From assembly GCA_050084985.1 (NCBI GenBank), contig JBITNC010000002.1, forward strand, positions 38,874,001 through 38,938,000: DNA of 64,000 nucleotides, written 5' to 3'. The stretch is from Nageia nagi. Its lineage: Eukaryota; Plantae; Pinophyta. The notes under the pieces are model-generated. The model was not told the origin of the DNA. It saw nothing but the letters and a program-made list of their open reading frames with translations, and made no database searches. Position 1 is the stretch's first letter. Every line of letters starts with the position of its first letter. The translations under genes were made by a program, and so were the position numbers. Of this stretch, positions 1 to 13,340 are shown piece by piece.

Positions 1-2660
1 GAACTAAGTAAGAGTTGAGATAGTGCATCATATCTTGTATACCAAAATAAAGGCTATAGAACTAAAATTGATTATCTTAAGACATGTATGAGTAGTGATA
101 GTAGTCATTTCCTAGAGATTGTACTACAACATTAATTCCAATAGCATTAATAATACACAATTGATGATGGCCTATGAAATAATGCATCAACATAGAGTGT
201 TTTCCCTCACCAATATCATTTTGGAGAGCCTAAAGCAAAATGATCATTTGATCGAGACCAAAATGAAGAGAAACATAATATTCAAGTACAAAACTTCCTT
301 AGTTCTTTCCACCATGTACTTTTTGCAAATATTTCCCTTTGATAAATCAAATTTGGAAGCTCAACAAAAAGGAAAATTAGGGGAGCAAGTTGTCAACACA
401 ATAGAGCAAATTGATATTGATTACACACAGTTGATAGTCAAAGTTTACAATGACCTACATGGTCAAATAGTGAACTTCATAGCATGGGTCAAGGAAGTGT
501 GGAATATCATCCAAGGGCACACAAGGATACCTAAATGAGCCATCATCAATTTAAAGATGTTCAAAAGTTCATTGTATCTAGTTGTGACTGGTGAAGTTGA
601 ATTCATCGCACTTGGAGGTCAAGCTTTGATATATGATCAACTATGCTACATGCAAGAATATCATTTAGTACCTTAAGAAAATTAGAGAGGGAGTGGAAAT
701 TGAGGTTAAAATCCCAAGTAGGATTGAGCTACCCTGAAATAGTGTCATCCTCCTTAGAGAGTATGATAAAGAAAAAGGACCCAATGTTGAATACTGAATA
801 TAGGAAGGAGGAATTGTTACAACATTGATCAAGAAAGTAACATACTAATGAAGTGCCTAACCATAGAGTATCGATAATTAAAGTAGACCACCTAGTGAAA
901 CCTCATCACTGAACATCCAATTGGAAGAATTACTACACACAACACAAATAATCCAAGCTTTGATTCATCCAAGCTTTGATTCATTAGTCCTAATTTTGAT
1001 TCTAATTTCTACTTCTATGTATGTTCATGTTTTGATTTACACTTACCAACTGATTCCAATACCAATACCTTTCACAACTTCTTATACATTATCTATACCT
1101 CAAGATCATAACCCATTAAATGCCATTATCCTCACCACTAAACTGATATAACAACCCACTAGTAGCCAACAATCATTGCCTCATTATGTCACTATAACAT
1201 GAACAAGTACTCATCCATGGACCCATTTATGCTTAGATTCATATCACACATCCATTTATGCCTTAGAAACTCACCTTTCAAAAACTAATGGCATAGTATG
1301 GCTAATACAAGCCACTTCTTAGTCCTTGACCACTACTTAATCAATGAGACTATGAATAGGAAAATTGAGGCATTCAACCAATCATGGGATTTTCAACACC
1401 AAGAAATCATGAGGGTAGTTTAATCAATTTTCCAACAACTTCAACACCATATACACTACCCTTCCATACCATAGACTAAACTGACTAGGAAATTGATAAA
1501 ATTGATCATTACCACCATCGCCAAATTCACTCAGCCTACCAACATCACCAAACTCACCTCCATACTCCATCAACACTTTCCTTCCACTGATTTTCATCCT
1601 TAACATACCATCAAGGAGCACTTGAAGGCCATTACCATTCATACACAATAGAATATTAGTTAAACCAAACAATACTACCAATTAGAAATGGAGAAAATAT
1701 AAACACCTACAAGGCCAAGGTGTAACAATACAAAGAAGAAATTATCCAATTGAAAGATGCTAAAAACCTTGAAAATATGATTGTAACTATTGATCCACCT
1801 CAAGTTAACATGGAATCCATAAGGGAGAACATTTGGCTATAAAAATATGAGGAACTACACACTCTCAAATAACATTGGGCTAAGGAGATCAAGGAGTTAT
1901 GTACTAATAAGAAAATGACTGAAAAATTTCTTCAAGCAAAAAGATAAGATAAATTAGGGTTGATTCACTAAAATAAATAGCTCTAGGAAGAAGTATACTA
2001 ACTCACAAAAGAGTTGGAATAGCTCTAACCATGAAGGATGAGATTGATAATCTTAAAAAGGAGATCTAAAGGGTAGAATTTGTTCAAATGGAGTTAGAAC
2101 AACTCCATCAAATGAAAGCAAAAGAGTTTGAGCAAAACAAAAGGGAACTAACCAAAATTGTTCAAGAGCTAAAAGATGATATTCATAGTTACAAGGTCAT
2201 TTATGTAGATATGCTGCACCTCATATGTTAGCATAAATAGACTCACATGTCATACATTAATGCTTAGATGATTGAGTTTTGAACATGAGTTAGAGAAATT
2301 TAAAAGTAGTTACCAACATCAGTTGAGAAACTCCAAGAGCTGAACATAATCAATAGTCAAGTGTTAGACTTGAATGAAAAGAAATAAGAAAGAGAAGAAC
2401 TAGTTGAAAAATCACTCATAGAGCTATAAGAGATAAATTGTGTACATGCCAAATATATAGCTCAATTGGAGGATCCGATCACCAAAAATCCCATCGATGC
2501 TCTTTAAGTAGTCCAAACTAGATTTCAAGTTGGGGATCTTAATTGATAAATGAATTATGATGTAAAGCTATGGATTTTTCAAAATTAATGATACTTATCC
2601 CAAATCAAGTTTAGCCCAATCGAACCTCTACCTTCAACACTCATTCCTATTCATCAATAA
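1..2660 (+). pseudogene. Decayed long ORF, probably a retroelement accessory ORF (folded-looking N-part, Pro/Thr-rich middle, coiled-coil-like C-part)
   Basis: ORF pieces 119-538 and 643-828, a Pro/Thr/Ser-rich tract at ~950-1680 and E/K/L/Q-rich heptad-like reading at ~1730-2600 on +, broken by many TAA/TAG stops. No domain recognised. Confidence 0.3.
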
Positions 2661-5600
2661 CTCCAACAGCACACTATTGACTCTCCTACTAGAGATGTTA
2701 TAGGAGAGAATTCTATTATGCTATAATTAAGAATATTAATATGAAAATTTTTAAGGGTAACATAATACTACAAGTACTAGAAATTAGTTATTATTTAAAG
2801 ATTTTTAGATGATTATATTATTTTGAAGTAATATAATTAAGGCCCCCTTTTTCATGCAAAATTATGATGATGTTAATAAAAGTATAGAAGAAAGAAGTTG
2901 ATAAATAACTTAAAAATAATTATTAAAATGGGAAGTGATGGAAATTGATAAACAAAATAAATAGAAATAAGGAAGTTATATAAACTAATTAACAATATGG
3001 AACATATGTGCTTCATGAATTTTGAGAAGAAAGTTTTGACTATGGAAGAAACCATTCCCTAAGAAATGTAGATTCAATAGAGTACTAATTTTATTATGAA
3101 GATTATGATGCAAACCATAACCCCTTTGAATTTTCTCATTGTACTAAATTAGACTTGCATCAATTTTTAGCAAAGGCTTATCCTATTAGGGGTATAATAT
3201 TACAAACCACTTACTGATATGAAGTAGATGGATGGATGATGGGAGTTGAAGAAGAAGACCTAACAATAATCATAGATACTAACTAAATGTTTTTTGTAAG
3301 ACAAGTGGAATTTCACCAAAATCTAATTTATTTTCTTGTACTAGCCTTATGAAACCCTTGGAGTATGGATAAATATGTATCAAGGAGGCCTCTCAAATAC
3401 TACATCAAAAACTATTAGATTTGATGCACTCTAGTAAGAGATGGAGTACTAGGATGGATCATGGTAAGGTTTCCACATGTGAGGGTAGTATTTAATTACA
3501 CTGAATACTTACACATCCTTATCACTCAACAATTAGTAATTCAAAAGTCTTACAATTCTAGAGTAATTGAATTCAACAATAGATCTAAAGCTTTAGTCAA
3601 CCAAAAGGAATATTTGAAAAACTTACTTGAATCTTATAGGATCAAAAGAAACAACCAAAAAGCAAAAGAGATCCCATATACACTATGACCAAATTGGATT
3701 TACATAATGTATTATAGCTCCCCACTAATATCTTAGTCACCATTATGATTGAGCTGTTTAAGAAAAGAAATTCATATTCTTGGTAGTTAGACATCTACAA
3801 GGAAAAGTTATTTATAAAAGTTAATGCTTGATTGTTGTTTCTATAAGAAACCCAAACTTCATTTAATGACTAAAGTACTATAGTTTTGGAAAGGCCCTAC
3901 TCCATGAATTATTTTAAACTAGGTTTCCTACTACTTGTTTTGCATTATTTTGGGTCCATACCAATTAATTTTATAGTACAGTCACATGAGATCGAGTGGA
4001 TAAGTGATTGATTTCTAGAGACAAAGGTGGTATATAGTTATAGTAAGTACTTCATGCAAACTAGTGATTTGGTACCCATGAATGTGGATCAAAGGTGAAC
4101 CCATTGAAAAAGAAGAAGTGTAAGTATTATTCCAAGGATCCAAAGAAGAAATTAGGAGTGAATACATATGTACTTCCTCCCTCAAAGATTTCTTATCAAT
4201 GACTAATACTTGGATTAGGGATGAGTTGGAGTATTAAGTTATGGAGGATGTTAGTAGGAGAGAATTTCATGATGTAATTTGATCAACTCTAATAAGTGGT
4301 TAGCACATAAATACTATTAGTTAGCTACTATATAAGCTTTGATTGAAAAGACATGAATCCATGAACCATCAAATGATCTCGATAAGAAGAGAACCAAGGA
4401 TAGGAAGAGTGTGTGAAAGCCAAGTGTGTAATAAATATATCATTGTAACTAACTTGTATGAATTATTATTAATAAAAGCTTTGACCCCTTCTTGTTGTGG
4501 CTTAATTAGTTATATATTTTACTTCTATTTTTCTTTACCATTTTCCCATCGATTGTTGCTTGTGGATAAAAATCCTATTGATCAATTCAATTGGTCAACA
4601 TTCCTACTTATCATATTCCTTATTCTTCCAATGAAGTCTCCTAAAGGATAAAATATTGCAACTAATGTATCTTGTATTATATATGGTGCCTTAGCTTTCC
4701 CATTTAACTCTTGATGCTTTACCTTTCATTTCCCCCTTTTAGGAATAGTTTGATAGAGTCATATTGAGGATTATTTTTCATCCTTTTTATGTAGAATTTA
4801 GTAACCATATTTTAAGAATGTATATGATTCCTTGCATGGTATATATTGGTGATTCCCATATTTAGATTTAATAAGTTTTTATTTCAAAATAAATTTCAAT
4901 TTTGGATTACACCTTCCAAATGTGAAGGATTTTTGTTCACAAAAAGCTTAGGAAAAACTTTGAAGAATCTAGATTTCCAAACTAAATATGTGTCACTTTG
5001 CATATGATGTTATCTTCATGAATTTGTATTCTTCATATTTTTAGGATCTCCAAGTATTTATCAATCCTAAATAGAATTGTAAAATTACCTAATACTACTT
5101 TATTTGTAAATATTAGTAACCTATGTTATTCATGAGATCATCAAATATATATTAACTTAAGTTTGAAATTTCAACATCATATATTTCTAGAAAAGGATTG
5201 ATGGTTACCTATTAAGGATAGTTAAAAGTTTGTTATGCTCATAAGTGTACCACTAGTTTGAAATAATAAAAGAAGATGGAAAATAACATTTGAATGATAG
5301 AAAATTACTTATACACATGAACATGAATGTTTATATTGGTTCCCCTCAATGTGAGACTACATCCATTATTGAATAGATTTCTCTTTTGTTATTAAATCAA
5401 GGATTAAGATACAACCACAATAACTTGATGTTACATGTATTTTGGATACTATTCACCTTATTCAACCTAAATGGTCTTCTTTTCTCCTCTCTTTATCAAC
5501 AAATAAGTCTATTTAGTTCTCCAATGCTTCTTGAGCCTCCCTTTACTTGAATCAAGTATAATTTAGCTTTCTCAAGTTTGAACTTGATTCAAAAATGTAA

Positions 5601-6379
5601 TTTTTCTTCAATGACTTATTTAATGGCTATGTTTCAAGCCTCCATATAATAGACTTAAAAATATTCAACCATATCACCAAAAAATGTATTGGTGTAAACT
5701 CTAATCTTGCCATTCATTATTCCAACCCTATTTTCCCAATATCTTTTGGCTAAAAGAATTACAAGATTCTTCGCATGTGATAATGAAGGAACTCTTTAGA
5801 TTACCCACTATCTACCACTAATAGTATAATGAGCATATGGTAATATTCTTCATATGCATTATAATAATATACTAGAAATCATACTATATTCCCATAACAT
5901 ACAACATGTAATCATAGTTGGTACTCCCACTACAACTATATGGGATCAATTCAATACATGAAGAATACAAGAAGAAATAGCATAGAATGCATACTATTTT
6001 TCATTATACACTTTACAAATTTGGGAACAAAAGAATAAGTTCAATACTTGTACATACATAATCTATGGCTTGGTCTACACCACATATGGTGTAAGCCAAC
6101 CGCACTAGTGAATACTCTCCTATAACAATGCTTCTATAACCTACTTCCCACTTTTCTTGTTCTTGAAATGAAGTCTACAAAAAGATAATAGGTCACAAGT
6201 GATGTCTCTTTGAATTTAGATGATGTTTTAACTTCTCATAGTAACTCTTGATGATTCACCTTGCATTTTCCTTTTTTAGGAATGGACCACTAGAATGCTA
6301 TTGAGGACCCTTAGAAGTATTTTTTTCTTAATAGAAAGTGCTACTAGTGATCCTTTTATATAAATTTTGTTGATTGTAG

Positions 6380-8230
6380 ATTATGGTTATCTCCATATTC
6401 AATTTTAAGTATATTTTGTAAAATTAGTTTTAGACTCTTGGCCATCAACAAAATCAAACCATGGAGTGGTTTGAGTTTATACAAAGGAAAGGAAAAAGTA
6501 TCCAAGAATACATAATTGAATTCAAAAAGAGGGTTACACTAATTAGTGCCTCTCTAAAAATCTTAAACTGTTTATTGAAATACATTAGAGGGTAGGTGCA
6601 AGAAGATGAGTACACATAAAGTGGAAATTTTATCAATTGGAAATTTAAAAATAAAAAAATAATTATTTTTAAATAAATTTTTTATTTTTTAATAAATTTT
6701 TACTTTTTAAGAATTTTGATAAAAAAACATATGGAAACAACCTTTAGACAATTTTCTACTAAATTAGAAAAAGAAGTTTAAAAAATGGATAACTTTAGGT
6801 CAAATCATGCATGTTGGACATAAGCATTTTTCAAAAATGTTATTTTAACCCATAAAAATTAATAAAAAATATATTCTTGGAAAAATTATGAAAAAATATG
6901 CAAGATAAGCTTTAGTCTATTGGGAATCTTTTTCCAAAAGTATTTTAAAAAAAATACTTTAATTTAGATCAAATTATATGTGTTAGACATGTGTATGGTA
7001 TGGTCATGAAATAATACTTTTTAAATAGTACTTTTTTATTCATGCCTATAAAAAATCAACTTTTATCATCTAGGTATTGGGATAAATTATATATTTGAAA
7101 ACTAGACTCAAAGCACTACTTTTTTAACCGATGAACTTCTTCAATATTCCATGTTTAAGTAATTCAAATTTTGACATCAATGTCACCAAACCTAAAAATT
7201 AGTGAAATACTTCCACTTTTTGGTCATAAAGTGGACCCAATTTCTTGCATTGACACTAGGGGGTTGCATAACTATCTTTTCCATACTATTTTTATTTCTA
7301 ATCCTTTAGATTTGGATAAAGTTTATGTTCAGGAACAATACTTGGAGGGTCATGAGAAGTGCAAACATGAGGAGAAAAATTGTATGAAGAAGAAGCTACA
7401 AGATAAGGATAAAGTCAATTATTTAGTTAGAAATTGATGATAATAAGACTTAGTACTTGAATTGCAAGAAAATAGGGCATGAGGAGGTTAAGCATTAGTA
7501 TATGCACCTAGAACTTAAACCTAAATGGTTTAAGTAGATACCTGAGAAAAAGTCAACATCAATGCTCAAGATAGGACCAATGTTTTAGGAAAAGGTGATT
7601 TATGAGGGGATCATCATGCAAAGGTGAAAATAAGGAGAAGAAAATCAACTATTCTACATCAAGGTCCAAGTTAAGGACACAAGATTGATGCACTTGTTGA
7701 TGATTGATGCACTTGTTGATTTTCTATATCTACTGAATATTATTTTAGAAAACTTGATGTAGAAGTTGGGCTAAATAAATATCCTCATTCATGATCATAT
7801 CCACTTTGGTGGGTAAGTAATATATCAAATATGTAAGGCATGCACCAATGCAAGTCAAGGTATTCTATAAATATTAATTATATTGATGAGCTTGAATTTG
7901 ATGTTGTACATATTGATGTTGTTGGAATAGCATTCAGTAGTCATTATTTCTTTGATAGGGATTATATATATTATAGAAAAAAGAATGAATATGGCCTTGT
8001 TAAGTAGGGTAAAAAATTTATAGTAAAGTCTCATGTGGTTAAAATTGCAAATTATATTCTCGTTACAAGGAATGTGAAAGATATTATTGATGCTTATACA
8101 AAACTAGCACTTATGATACTAAAGTGTCAAATAGACAAATAGGTATTTGTTCAACCAAGGTGTAATGAAACATTGAGAGATAAGCCAAAGAGATTGAATA
8201 TGAATAAGTGGTATAGTAGAGTGGAAGTGC
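6380..8230 (+). mobile_element. Degenerate Ty3/Gypsy (CRM-like chromovirus) gag-protease fragment, interrupted by a TIR element
   Basis: Translates to QRKGKSIQEYIIEFKKR...LLKYIR|GLHNYLFHTIF..NP.DLDKVYVQ (gag), then LFYIKVQVKDTR-IDALVD..., SYPLWWV, YIDELEFDVVHIDVVGIAFSSHYFFDRD (CRM-type aspartic protease region), with stops and frameshifts. Confidence 0.7.
6588..7256 (+). mobile_element. Non-autonomous TIR element (MITE-like), copy A, TA target duplication
   Basis: Ends GAGGGTAGGTGCAAGAAGATGAGTACAC ... GTGGACCCAATTTCTTGCATTGACAC are imperfect inverted repeats. TA lies at 6586-87 and 7257-58. Removing the element restores gag frame TAC ATT AGG GGG TTG CAT (YIRGLH). Confidence 0.75.
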
Positions 8231-8439
8231 AAAGGAATGCAAAACCTTACCACCCTTACATGTCGGTTGAGGGATTTATGCTATGGAACCATTAGATGAT
8301 TTCAACATATCCAACATGTAGTTGATAATGGTATGGATTTCGTTATGAAATTATTGTTCCAAATTACTATATATTATAACTATTTAAGGATCAAATGCCT
8401 ACCCATTAGGGAGCATGATATGAAATTGGATCAAAATAT

Positions 8440-8705
8440 TGAAAAACCTTATTACAATCAAAGAAAATCCTTATCATTGTAAGAAAAATAATATTTTCAT
8501 GATTGGAAAACTCTTATTGTAGGTAGGAAATCCTTTTACATGATAAGAAAAATCTTGCATTAGGTAGAAAACCATTTCCACATGTAGAAAACCCTTACCA
8601 TAGGTAAAAAACCCTAGTCATAGTAAAATACCTACTGGGGTTTGGGAAAATAATTTTCATGGTCTAGAAAAATGCCTATCACAATGTAGGAAACCTTATG
8701 CTATA
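8440..8705. repeat. Degenerate ~20-22 bp minisatellite with phased A-tracts
   Basis: About a dozen units such as AAAATCCTTATCATTGTAAG, AAAACCATTTCCACATGTAG, AAAACCCTTACCATAGGT. Confidence 0.55.
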
Positions 8706-8920
8706 CCAAAATCTTCATGGTGTAGTATTTAGTATTGAGTACCCTACTATAGTGCCATGTCCCTTATGCTAATGCCATCAACTTAATAGCATGTTTAATG
8801 TTGATATCATTAGGTTCATTGCATGGAGTTTAGTGGTTAGGTGTTGCTAGAATGCAACATACTAGGTTTTTAAATCATCACCTTAATGATTTAAAACAAT
8901 TAAAGGTTATATTTTATTGT

Positions 8921-10021
8921 TGAAGGGATGGATGAAAAAATTTGTGTACACTTTATGGCCAAAAAGTGGAAGTATTTTCCTTGTTTTTAAATTTTTGGCA
9001 TGATTGATATGAAAATTTGAAGCACTTAGACATGGAATCATGAAAAAGTCATTAAAGTGAAAATGTAGTGCTTTGAGTCTAATTTTCAAATATGTAATTA
9101 ATTCCAATAATTAGATAATAAAAATAAAATTTTGATTGGGATGATCAAAATTCACTTTATAAAATATATTATTTTAGGACCATACCATGTACATTTTCAA
9201 CAAGAATAAGTTGATCTAAATCAAAGTATTTTTAAAATCCTTTTGGGCATACATATCTAAGGTCTTGAAGCTTGTCTTTGATATTTTTGTATAAATTTTT
9301 CATGAATATTTTTTTATTAATTTTATATTGATCATGTTTGCTATTTTGAAAAGTGCTCCATTTTGGCTTACATAATTTTCTCTAAACTTATTCATTTTAA
9401 AAAAAATAGCTTATAGAGAATTCTCTAAAGCTTGTCCTCATATAATTATTTTTCAGAACTCCTAAGAAATAAAAAGTTCTTAAGAAAATAAGATACCCTC
9501 ATATTTCAAGTATATGGACTAGTTTTATCAAAAATTAATTCAAAAATATAAAAACTAATCCAATTGTATAAATATTTGTGTAGTTAAAATCAACACTCTT
9601 TAATATATAATAGATTTTAGTTTCATGAAAAACTTCTTCTAAAAACTCCATCAAATGTATGCTAAAGTTGATATTTTCTATTGAAATTTCCATGGTCACA
9701 TACTTTTAGGTACAAGACTAAGGGTTGGCTCACCAAGCATTTCCCAAGCCTAAACCTAAGTCTAAATTGGGGATTAAAATATTGAGATCCCAATATATAT
9801 AGAGATCCCAATATTTAATACTAAGAAAATGCTTGCATTATAGTTTCAAATATTGGGATCCTCATTTAAAATTAAGATCCTAATATTTATTAGGATCCTA
9901 AACCTAAATTGGGATCTTGATTTTAATTTATTAAAATGGAGATCTAATTTTTTTGACATTGAGTTTTAACTTCACCCACTTCCCCACCAAGTGGAATCAA
10001 CTTCTTGATTTCACCTAATTG
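8921..10021 (-). mobile_element. TIR element (MITE-like), copy B, long subfamily
   Basis: ~8930-9480 is the reverse complement of copy A. The whole element is collinear with copy C (28893-29868) and ends AAGTGGAATCAACTTCTTGATTTCACCTAATTG. Confidence 0.7.
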
Positions 10022-11404
10022 TCAAACCTTATAAATTAAAGCATGCTATTGTAGTTAAAGGGTTGGCATTATTGTTAAAGGTCAACCAACCATTGATCTT
10101 CAACTCTAACTATTTTAACAACTAGTACATGTGTCAAAAGGATAGTTAAATAGGTTAGAGGAGTGGGAGAGTTTGTGGAGGAAGTTGAAACAATCAAGAG
10201 AAACCCCTAGGATGTCAATTTTATCTATAAAATTCTATAGGGATCTATTGAAAGGGATCTTTTTAGGATCTTTTAGAAAGGGTGAATAGTCATATTTTAA
10301 TGTTATGTAGTTGGTGTAGATTTTAGTTATGTAAAATGAATTGTAGTCCTAGGATTTACAAAATATGTCCTCTACTTGGATGAATGTAATGTTCTTATGC
10401 AATAAACAAGATCGAAATACTCTTGAAGTTGTTATGTTGTTTTATGTTCTCCATGTATGAATTAATATTATGGAATACTATTCTATATTGAACTATGAAG
10501 AAGGCATGCATTATATTGAATGATTGGGAACATAGGATAGAATAAGAAAATTAAGACTTAAAAATCTATATTTGAGGATCTATGTATTCTATAACAATCT
10601 GATGATTACAAATCATGAATCATAGCTTCAAGAAAAATCCAATCTACATATATTATTGTGTTCTAAATATATTTTGTATATCTTCCTTGATATTTTTAAG
10701 GAAAAGTAATGATTTTAGTATTTTAAGCTTTAAAGATAATATCTAACACTTTTTAAGGGATCTACATTTTCTAGATTCTTAGTATCACTTAAAGTTTTGT
10801 AGTTTTAATCAACAACATATTCATAGGGTTTGAGTTTATTTAAATATTTTACAAGAGGATTCATAAATTTTTTCCTATTGTTAACAATTGATTGAACAAA
10901 TATTCTTTTTCCATTATGCAACATCTAGTTCTAATTAGCACTAGTAGAAATAATATTTTGTTTTAGCAGATTGTTTGATGCACTAATATTATTATTAATT
11001 TGATTTTTTGCTTTGGGAATATTATCATGCTTTACATTCTTTCATTTTTTAAATGCTTACCTAAAATGTTTTCTATACTCATCTTATTTATATCCTATAT
11101 TAGTTGCACCTTCAAATTTATTTCTATAGTAATTCTAGGGCTTGGTTAGTTGTGTAGGCATATTTTCCTTATATGGCCATCTTGTTGGCACCTATAACAT
11201 TGCATGGTAAAATTCTATATTCTATCTTTTGAGACTAGTTTGCTATGCTTGAAGAAATCATAATGGATTGGAGCCAAGGTTTTACTTTATATATTAAAAT
11301 TTTTAGTCTAGATTTACTCATATTTTATCTATTTACTAAATTATCCTCACCTTATTTGCCCATATATTAATAAATATAAATAGAATTCCTGATTTTGGTG
11401 AAGA

Positions 11405-13340
11405 TGTCATGACCCACCTCAAGACACTATTTAACCTCGAGTACCATCAAGGATTTTAATGAATTATGTTTGCATAATACTATGGTAATGACAAGTTTGA
11501 TATGGAAATATGTATCATTTGTGACAATTTGATGTTGGCTTCGAGATGCTTTGACATAGGTCATAGAGTAGAGAAGCAACCCAAAGACCCCATAGACCAA
11601 AGGTGAATTGGTGATGAGAATGGAAGGATACGAGGAGAAAATTATTGGTATTGAATCACTAACACACCCTATGACCATCATGAATTATGTAGATGCATGT
11701 AGAATAATTATTATGATTGTTGAATTCTTAATGAAATTATGTTTACAAAAATATGTGAATTAACCTTACTCTACAGGATGAGGTGACCATCATAGGTAAA
11801 TACGTGTTTTCCCTTATTTGCTATTTTTGAAATTCAAATTTTAAAATGGAAGGAAAAAGGTGATATACCTTTAGTTAAAATTGAAAATTATTATAAGATT
11901 TGAAAAATAAATTTAATAGGGTAAAAGTTGAATATAAGTGTCCATATTATTGCCACATAGGGCTAATAGTAAAAACACTATTAGATAGAGACTAAATTCT
12001 CCTTATGGTATGACATGATATTTAATAGCTAGAAAAATAATAGAGTAGTGACTCTACTTAATTTTGTAGTTTTGTCTTAGGTGTGGATAAGAGTTGGCAC
12101 TAAATTATCAACTAATGAAAAAGATTTCAAAGTATTAAATGCTATTACCATCATCTCCAAATTTAAGCAAACCTAACCCAAAATTATTGAGGGTGTGAGA
12201 AGATGTCCATTTGGACACATTTGAGCCCCTTTAGCTATAAATAAAGGAGTAGAGCATTGGAAAAATACCAACAATAACTACCTATCTATCTCTTGCTATT
12301 TTCATTTTGTTTTGGTTATTCTCAAGCTTGATGTAGACTTACGTGAAGAAAAGAAGTCTTCTTTCCTCTTCAAGTCAAGGTGCATTATTTTACATTTTTT
12401 TTATTAAGGTAGTCCTATTTTGATATATTTAATATAATGTTTATCATAATGTTTGGTAAAGCTTCATAGAATTAATGGTTGTTAGAAGTGTTAAACCATT
12501 TGTAAAGACATAGTGGTTCTTTTATTTATAGATTGTTACTATGTCATTTTTTTTTTAAAAAGTAAAGGAGTGGGATTTTCTTTTGTTATTATTATTTTAT
12601 TTAGATATAGAGGTAAAAAAAAAATTCACGTAAAAATTGTATTATGATATTTTAAAGAGACTAATCAAATATTCCCCCTTATGCCTTTAGTTAAAATTTA
12701 ATGAAATTATTTTGACATAAATTTTATTAAATTTTTAATATGATATTTAGTATAATATTTGATAAAGTTTTATATAATTAATTATTGATTGAAGTGTTGT
12801 AGCATTTGAAGAGAAATAATGGTCATTTCATTTAAAAGTTGGTACCATGTCATTTTCTTTAAAAAATAAAGGAGTGGAATTTTCTTTTGTTATTCTATTT
12901 TTATTTAGATGTAGGAGTGGTAAATTTCATGTGTAAATTATATTATGATATTTTAAAGAGACTATTCAAATATTTTTCCTTGTGCCTTTAGCTAAAGTTT
13001 AATAAATGACATAAATTTTATTAAATTCTTAATATGATGTTTATTATAATGATAAAGTTTCATTAATTGTTAATTGAAGTGTTGTACCCTTTGAAGAGAC
13101 ATAGTGGTTATTTTATTCAAAGGTTTGTACCATGTATTTTCTTTAAAAAGTAAAGGAGTGGGATGTTCTTTTATTTTTATTTAGATGTAGGGGTAGAAAA
13201 TTTCATATACAAATTATATTATGTATTTTATGATATTTTAAGGAGACTAGTCAAATATTTCTTCTTATGCCTTTAGCTAGAGATTAATAAATTTATTTTG
13301 ACATGAATTTTATTAAAGTTCTAATATGTTGTTTAGTAAA
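11405..13340 (+). mobile_element. Probable Tekay/Del-type Gypsy LTR remnant (right end undefined)
   Basis: Starts TGTCATGACCC, a typical Tekay LTR terminus. CTATAAATA at ~12236 is followed by a pyrimidine-rich leader, and the element contains a tandem repeat array. Confidence 0.35.
12484..13338. repeat. Tandem repeat, ~285-307 bp unit x ~3
   Basis: Units begin GAAGTGTT at ~12485, 12791 and 13076 and share TAAAGGAGTGG, GAGACTA..CAAATATT..CTT.TGCCTTTAG and GACAT.AATTTTATTAAA. Confidence 0.85.

Noticed and set aside
8440-8705. CRISPR-like repeat-spacer array
   Set aside because: Eukaryotic context, degenerate units without constant repeats or unique spacers, and no cas genes.
10020-10786. Possible solo LTR abutting MITE copy B
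   Set aside because: TG...CA ends can be drawn, but there is no TSD, PBS or second copy.
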